IMG/VR virus record: IMGVR_UViG_3300020045_017512 | Coordinates: 1 to 38,538 of that record | Direction: 5' to 3' (one strand) | Source: a virus | Taxonomy: Duplodnaviria > Caudoviricetes | DNA length: 38,538 bases | Shown here: positions 33,821-38,538 of the stretch, one piece after another | Layout: every line of letters starts with the position of its first letter | Position numbering within the stretch: position 1 is the stretch's first letter | Notes under the pieces: model-generated | What the model saw: the letters and a program-made list of their open reading frames with translations, nothing else | Told to the model about the DNA's origin: nothing | Databases searched by the model: none | Made by a program: the position numbers and the translations under genes

Positions 33821-33948
33821 ATTTATTATATACAATAAATAGATCTAGTTCAAACAAAAAAAGAATTATACGTAATATATAATTCTTTTTAAATACTTAA
33901 CTATATAAATATAGAATAATTAAATGTGGTATTTTATATTATATACGA

Positions 33949-34221
33949 TTATTTAATCTTATACGTATCTTTTAATGTACTATATATTAGATTAAAATTA
34001 TCTTGATATTCTTTTAAAAATTGATCTTCTAGTTCTTCTAATGTACCTAATTGAAATTTTTCATTAAATTGTCTTAATCTTTCAAATTGTACCATTTTAA
34101 ATCTAAGAAACTTTTCATTAAGTTCTTCTTCTGATAAATTATTCTGTAAACAATCTTTAGCTCTTTCTGTAGCAAATAAGATTATTTTATTTAGAATTTT
34201 TACATTCTGTTTATCTGTCAT
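33949..34221 (-). CDS. Hypothetical protein (90 aa)
   Basis: Present in the ORF track; directly after terS. Confidence 0.7.
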   Translation of the reverse strand: MTDKQNVKILNKIILFATERAKDCLQNNLSEEELNEKFLRFKMVQFERLRQFNEKFQLGTLEELEDQFLKEYQDNFNLIYSTLKDTYKIK

Positions 34222-34244
34222 ATTATAATAGTTAAAAATATATA

Positions 34245-34949
34245 TTAGTCATTTAAGAGACTATCAAGTAAACTATCCTGTTCTTCTGAAGTAGTTTCTA
34301 CAATAGGAATAAGATTAGTTTGAATAGTTTGTTTAGGAGCATATCTTCAAGGTTCTGTTCTTTCAAGATATTTTAGAGCTAAACTACCATCTGGATCTTT
34401 TTCTATTCTAGCGGCTAAAGTCTTTTTAGCAACTAATCAAAGAGCTGATTGAGCAATTTCTAATCGTTCAGCAAATTCGGGATTATTTTTAAGTATCTTA
34501 TAATAAGTAGGTCTTGAAATTCTAGCTGCTAAACAAATTTGTTCTGTATTAGCACCAAGTATAACAGCTGCTTCTATTTTAGCTTGTACAAAGAGATCAT
34601 CTTGTTTATGACAAGGCATATCACCTTGTTTTCTTCAGATTCATCTTCTATTGCCAGATTTATTTAATCTAATTGATTTTTCATTTCATTCATTAAGTTT
34701 AGATTCATCAACAGTAACAATATTATTTATATATACATCAATAGCAGGATTTACCGTATCATAACTAATATCGATTCAATTAGTAATATCTGAGTTATCT
34801 TCAATAATAAGTTCTCATTGTATACTTTGTACCTCTCAAGATAGAACTCATTGAGATCAATCAGAAATTATAGTAGAATCTTGTATATCATCATTTTCAA
34901 AATTAAACTCTTCTACTTCTTTATCTATTTCTTCATTATTATTTATCAT
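34245..34949 (-). CDS. terS: Terminase small subunit with long acidic N-terminal extension (234 aa)
   Basis: KIEAAVILGA...ICLAARISRPTYY...NPEFAERLE...ALKYLER HTH pattern; extends track ORF 34437-34619 in both directions. Confidence 0.8.
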
Positions 34950-34966
34950 TTCTTTTTTATTTATAA

Positions 34967-35182
34967 TTAAATAAGATCTAAAATTGATTCTAGATTATTT
35001 ACTATATCTTGATGTCAACTTAAACTATCTTCTAAAGTGGTATAGTTTTTACAATATATATCTTCATCATTTAAAAGACTATTAAATATTCTAGTTTCAT
35101 AAATAAATCAATCTTTACTTTGAAATCAAGCTGTTGAAATAAGATATTCTCAATCTCTATCTTGTTTTATAATATTTTGCAT
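34967..35182 (-). CDS. Conserved-looking small phage protein (71 aa)
   Basis: YLISTA...YETRIF...YC..YTTLEDS..GH pattern. Confidence 0.65.
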
Positions 35183-35305
35183 ACTTATTAGAATTAGTAT
35201 TACTTATATCTATAATTATATACGATCAAAGTAAGTAAGAGAAAGAAAATAAAAAACAAGGTGTATTAGACCTTGTTTAGTATAGTAGATTAAAGTAAAG
35301 ATATT

Positions 35306-35794
35306 TTATTGTCTAATAAAAAGGTTATCAATAAATTTTTTACTTTGTTCTATTGTATTACTGTTAATAGAATCATATAATATTCAGAAATTAACAGATA
35401 GTAACTTATCATCATTCATTTGTAATTGTAAAGAAGGAATAGAGTTAAGAATATATACTGTTAATAAAGATATTTCTCATTTATTAGTACTCAAATCAAA
35501 ACTATGTAGAATAATTCAATTTATAATAATATATTGATTTTCTCATTTTAATTTAAATCTAATAGTAGATTTAAGATAGTTATCATATCTAGATCAAAGT
35601 ATATCTTTACTTATTTGTAAACTATATGATTTATTAACTAATTTTCTTATATATCAAAATAAGCATAGATTAGAAAAGTGAATTTTTTTACTAAGAAAAG
35701 AAAATCAGAAATCTAAACTAATAAATATTATGAAGAGAGAAAAAATAAAAGTTAAACTAAATCAAATACTAGGTGCTTGTGTTAAATTAAACAT
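35306..35794 (-). CDS. Membrane-anchored hypothetical protein (162 aa)
   Basis: N-terminal hydrophobic helix; open in code 25. Confidence 0.6.
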
Positions 35795-36026
35795 AATGTT
35801 ATAAATTAGTAATAAAGTTAAAGTAATAAATATATTTTATACAGTTATAAAGAATCTTACAATAATGTTTCAATATTCATCTGTATGTTGTACTATTTCT
35901 GAAATATTGTAAGTAGTAGAAAGAATATTTTCATGTGATATAATTCTTTCTTTAAGTAGAGTTTCATCATAAAACTCTTGTAGTTCAGATCGTAGAACTA
36001 TTTTAGATATTTCTTTTATCATAATG

Positions 36027-36503
36027 TTAATTATTAGTAAGTAAAGAAGTTATTAAATCTTTAATTTTATTATCAAAATCATAAATATGATAACAAAATA
36101 ATCTTTTTCAATCTATTGAGATTACTATAAAGTTTAATTTATTATTTAATTTATCATATCAGTATTCTAAAGATATTCTATTAGTATTTAAAATTCTAGA
36201 TTCATCAATTTCAATACATTTTTTAATAAATCTAAAAAGTACCTCATCTTTTTTAATACTTAATTTTTGAATATTATAATTATATCTAGAAATTTTATCA
36301 TCATAGTTTATTACTCTTCAAATTATTTGATTTCGGTCTCTATTCTTGTTAAATCACTTAATAAATCTTCTTTTTTGTTTATTTAAGTCTTTTATTTTTA
36401 ATCTTATTTCTTCAAGTCTAAAAAATCTTTGTCGTAATGATTGAATTAAATTTTTATGATATAAACAAAAATTATTTATAAGATCAATATCAAATTTTTT
36501 CAT
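36027..36503 (-). CDS. Hypothetical protein (158 aa)
   Basis: Open in code 25. Confidence 0.6.
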
Positions 36504-36514
36504 ATATAGTTAAA

Positions 36515-37159
36515 TTAGTAAATAAATTCTCACATTGGAATTATATGATTAAATTGTATTTCAATCGTTTCATCAGTAAATGGTGGGTTTTCATCTCTAG
36601 GATAAAACTTCTGTTTAATATTATCTCAAATAAGATCTTTATTCATTATAAAACAAGCTCTATCATTTTCATAATCTAGATAACAGAATGTATAGAAAAT
36701 ATTCTCTTTACATTGATCAGCTAATAAATAAGTTTTATTATACTTACTAGCTTTAATTTTAGATAGTGTAGAATATTTTGTAGCTTTAGTTTTAACATCG
36801 AAAGGAACATAATTAACACTAACATCAAATTCAGCATATACTTGAGTTGAGATTATTCATTTCATACAATAAGCAAATAATAACTCTCATATGATTCAAT
36901 CTCTAATACTCTTATCAGTTTGTTTCTTTAATCTATCAGTTTTTCAAGTTCTTTTAATATATTCTTTACTTTCTTGAAATCTACTTTCTATAAAATCTTT
37001 ATATTTAGTAGTTAATCAAGAAACTCATTTAATTTCAAAGTTTCTAAATTTATCTTGTAATAAATAGAACATTTGTTTAGATCTTAGATCTTCATCTGTA
37101 TATTTATTATACGTATAGTTTTCTGCAGTAAATTTAAATGATTCTTTATAGTTACTCAT
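36515..37159 (-). CDS. PD-(D/E)XK-superfamily nuclease (214 aa)
   Basis: GIIGELLF...EFDV......FDVKT catalytic pattern. Confidence 0.7.
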
Positions 37160-37358
37160 AATATATTATTCGTTAATTAAATTAGAATTCTCTTCAAATA
37201 TTCTTGCTCTAGCTAAGATTCTAGCATCATCTCTTGATATACATATATCATTTATCATATACTCTAAAATTATTTCATCTGTAGTAGTTTCAAGTAGAGT
37301 ATTTTCTTTATTAGTATTATTCATATAGATTTAAATTAAGATATAAAGTTTTAAGTAA

Positions 37359-37766
37359 TTACTTCTTCTGTCTAGATAAATACGTTTTTTTTTCTTCAGA
37401 TAATTTTTTAATTGTAAGATCTAATCTAACAATATCTTTTCTAAGAAATTCACAAAGTTTTAAATAATCTTTTAATAATACTTCTTGATCTCTTTTAACT
37501 ATTATACATTGTTTTAATTTATAAGATTGTGTATTTTTTCGAATTTTATGATTTTCTACTTTATGTTGTATCTTAGAATCAATATTTATATACTTCTTAT
37601 CTAACCATAGTTTAAAATCTCATCTTCTGTATCTTTGTAAAATAGTGTTAATATATGCTATATCTTTATTATATTTTGCTCCTACGATTCAAGTAGTATG
37701 TCATAGTTCAATTTGATCTAGGATATCTATAATAAATTTTCTGTATTCTTCTTTATTTACTTTCAT
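37359..37766 (-). CDS. Hypothetical protein (135 aa)
   Basis: First gene after the second copy of the expression cassette. Confidence 0.65.
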
Positions 37767-37960
37767 AATCTTTTTTTAAATTAAAATATAAAGTTTTAAG
37801 TAATTATAGAGAAGTTAGTATCGAATAATTTATTATTTATATTATTATATTAACTTTCTATAATATAATTTTATTTATTTATTCTTTTTTTTAGAAGTAT
37901 TAGTAAAATATGAATTAAGAATAAAAAAGATCACATTTTAAGTGATCTTTAATATTTATT

Positions 37961-38143
37961 TTATTTAATTATTTCTAATTCTTCTATTTTTATTCAACTA
38001 ATATCTATCATTTCAATTCAAGTATCTGTATAAATAATTCATTTAACTCTATATAGTAGAGAATCTTTATCGAATTCTATAACTGATCAAGTTAATCATT
38101 CATAGAATCAACTTATAATTTTTACTCTATTTCAATATTTCAT
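37961..38143 (-). CDS. Stand-alone KOW-motif protein (60 aa)
   Basis: MKYGNRVKIISGFYEGLTGSVIEFD; all four KOW glycines are TGA. Confidence 0.75.
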
Positions 38144-38209
38144 AGTCTTTATTTAAATTAAAATATAAAAGTGACTTTTTAGAGAGAAGTCTAACTCAAG
38201 ATAGTCTTT

Positions 38210-38538
38210 TTATTCTTCTATTTTTCTTTTAATATACTCTCTAGTAGATTTATTCATCTCTTTTTCTGAACTGTTATAAAGATTAAATATTCTATTTATA
38301 TTTTTTAATAAAAAATCTTCATAATCATCTCTATTCATTTTAGTTAAATCCTTTCATCATTCTTTTACAATTTTTTTCATTTTTTTATAACTTCACTTAA
38401 TTACTTCTTCTATCTCATATTTTAACTCTTTTCTTTTTCTTATAATATCTTTACTTAAATCTATTATAGCATCTTGTAAATCTTCTTTAGAAATATTACT
38501 ATTATTAAAAGTATTCATAATACTCTCTCAGATCATCA
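38210..38538 (-). CDS. 3' part of the junction-spanning hypothetical protein starting at 224
   Basis: In-frame continuation ending in TAA at 38210. Confidence 0.8.

Noticed and set aside
38418-38538. 121-bp terminal direct repeat as a biological DTR
   Set aside because: It falls mid-gene and its length fits an assembler k-mer overlap, so it indicates circularity rather than virion ends.
1-38538. Decayed prophage full of pseudogenes, or TGA = Trp (code 4)
   Set aside because: The long frames are interrupted only by TGA, and those TGA codons align to conserved Gly positions, not Trp.

Overview
This window is an apparently complete, circularly assembled genome (38,417 bp unique; positions 1-121 recur at 38418-38538) of a very AT-rich siphovirus-like tailed phage. 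It uses genetic code 25 (TGA = Gly), which is why the supplied standard-code ORF track is fragmentary. Read with TGA as Gly, the minus strand is densely coding. It carries small and large terminase, portal, scaffold, a DUF5309/SU10-type major capsid protein, fibre proteins, head-tail connectors, major tail protein, chaperone, a TP901-type tape measure, Dit, hub and tail spike. It also carries two cell-wall hydrolases, a holin candidate, four tRNAs, two sigma-factor-like genes, a metallophosphoesterase, an alpha/beta hydrolase, a PD-(D/E)XK nuclease and a KOW protein. The inferred host is a code-25 CPR bacterium, most likely Gracilibacteria. The most unusual signals are non-coding. They include at least seven H-type pseudoknots directly upstream of start codons that lack Shine-Dalgarno sites, two promoter classes that may match the two sigma factors, and a structured ncRNA candidate. 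A 1.8-kb inverted-repeat-bounded block between terS and terL holds the only plus-strand gene, in a genome with no recognisable replication or integration genes. All translations and folds were done by eye and no database searches were run.
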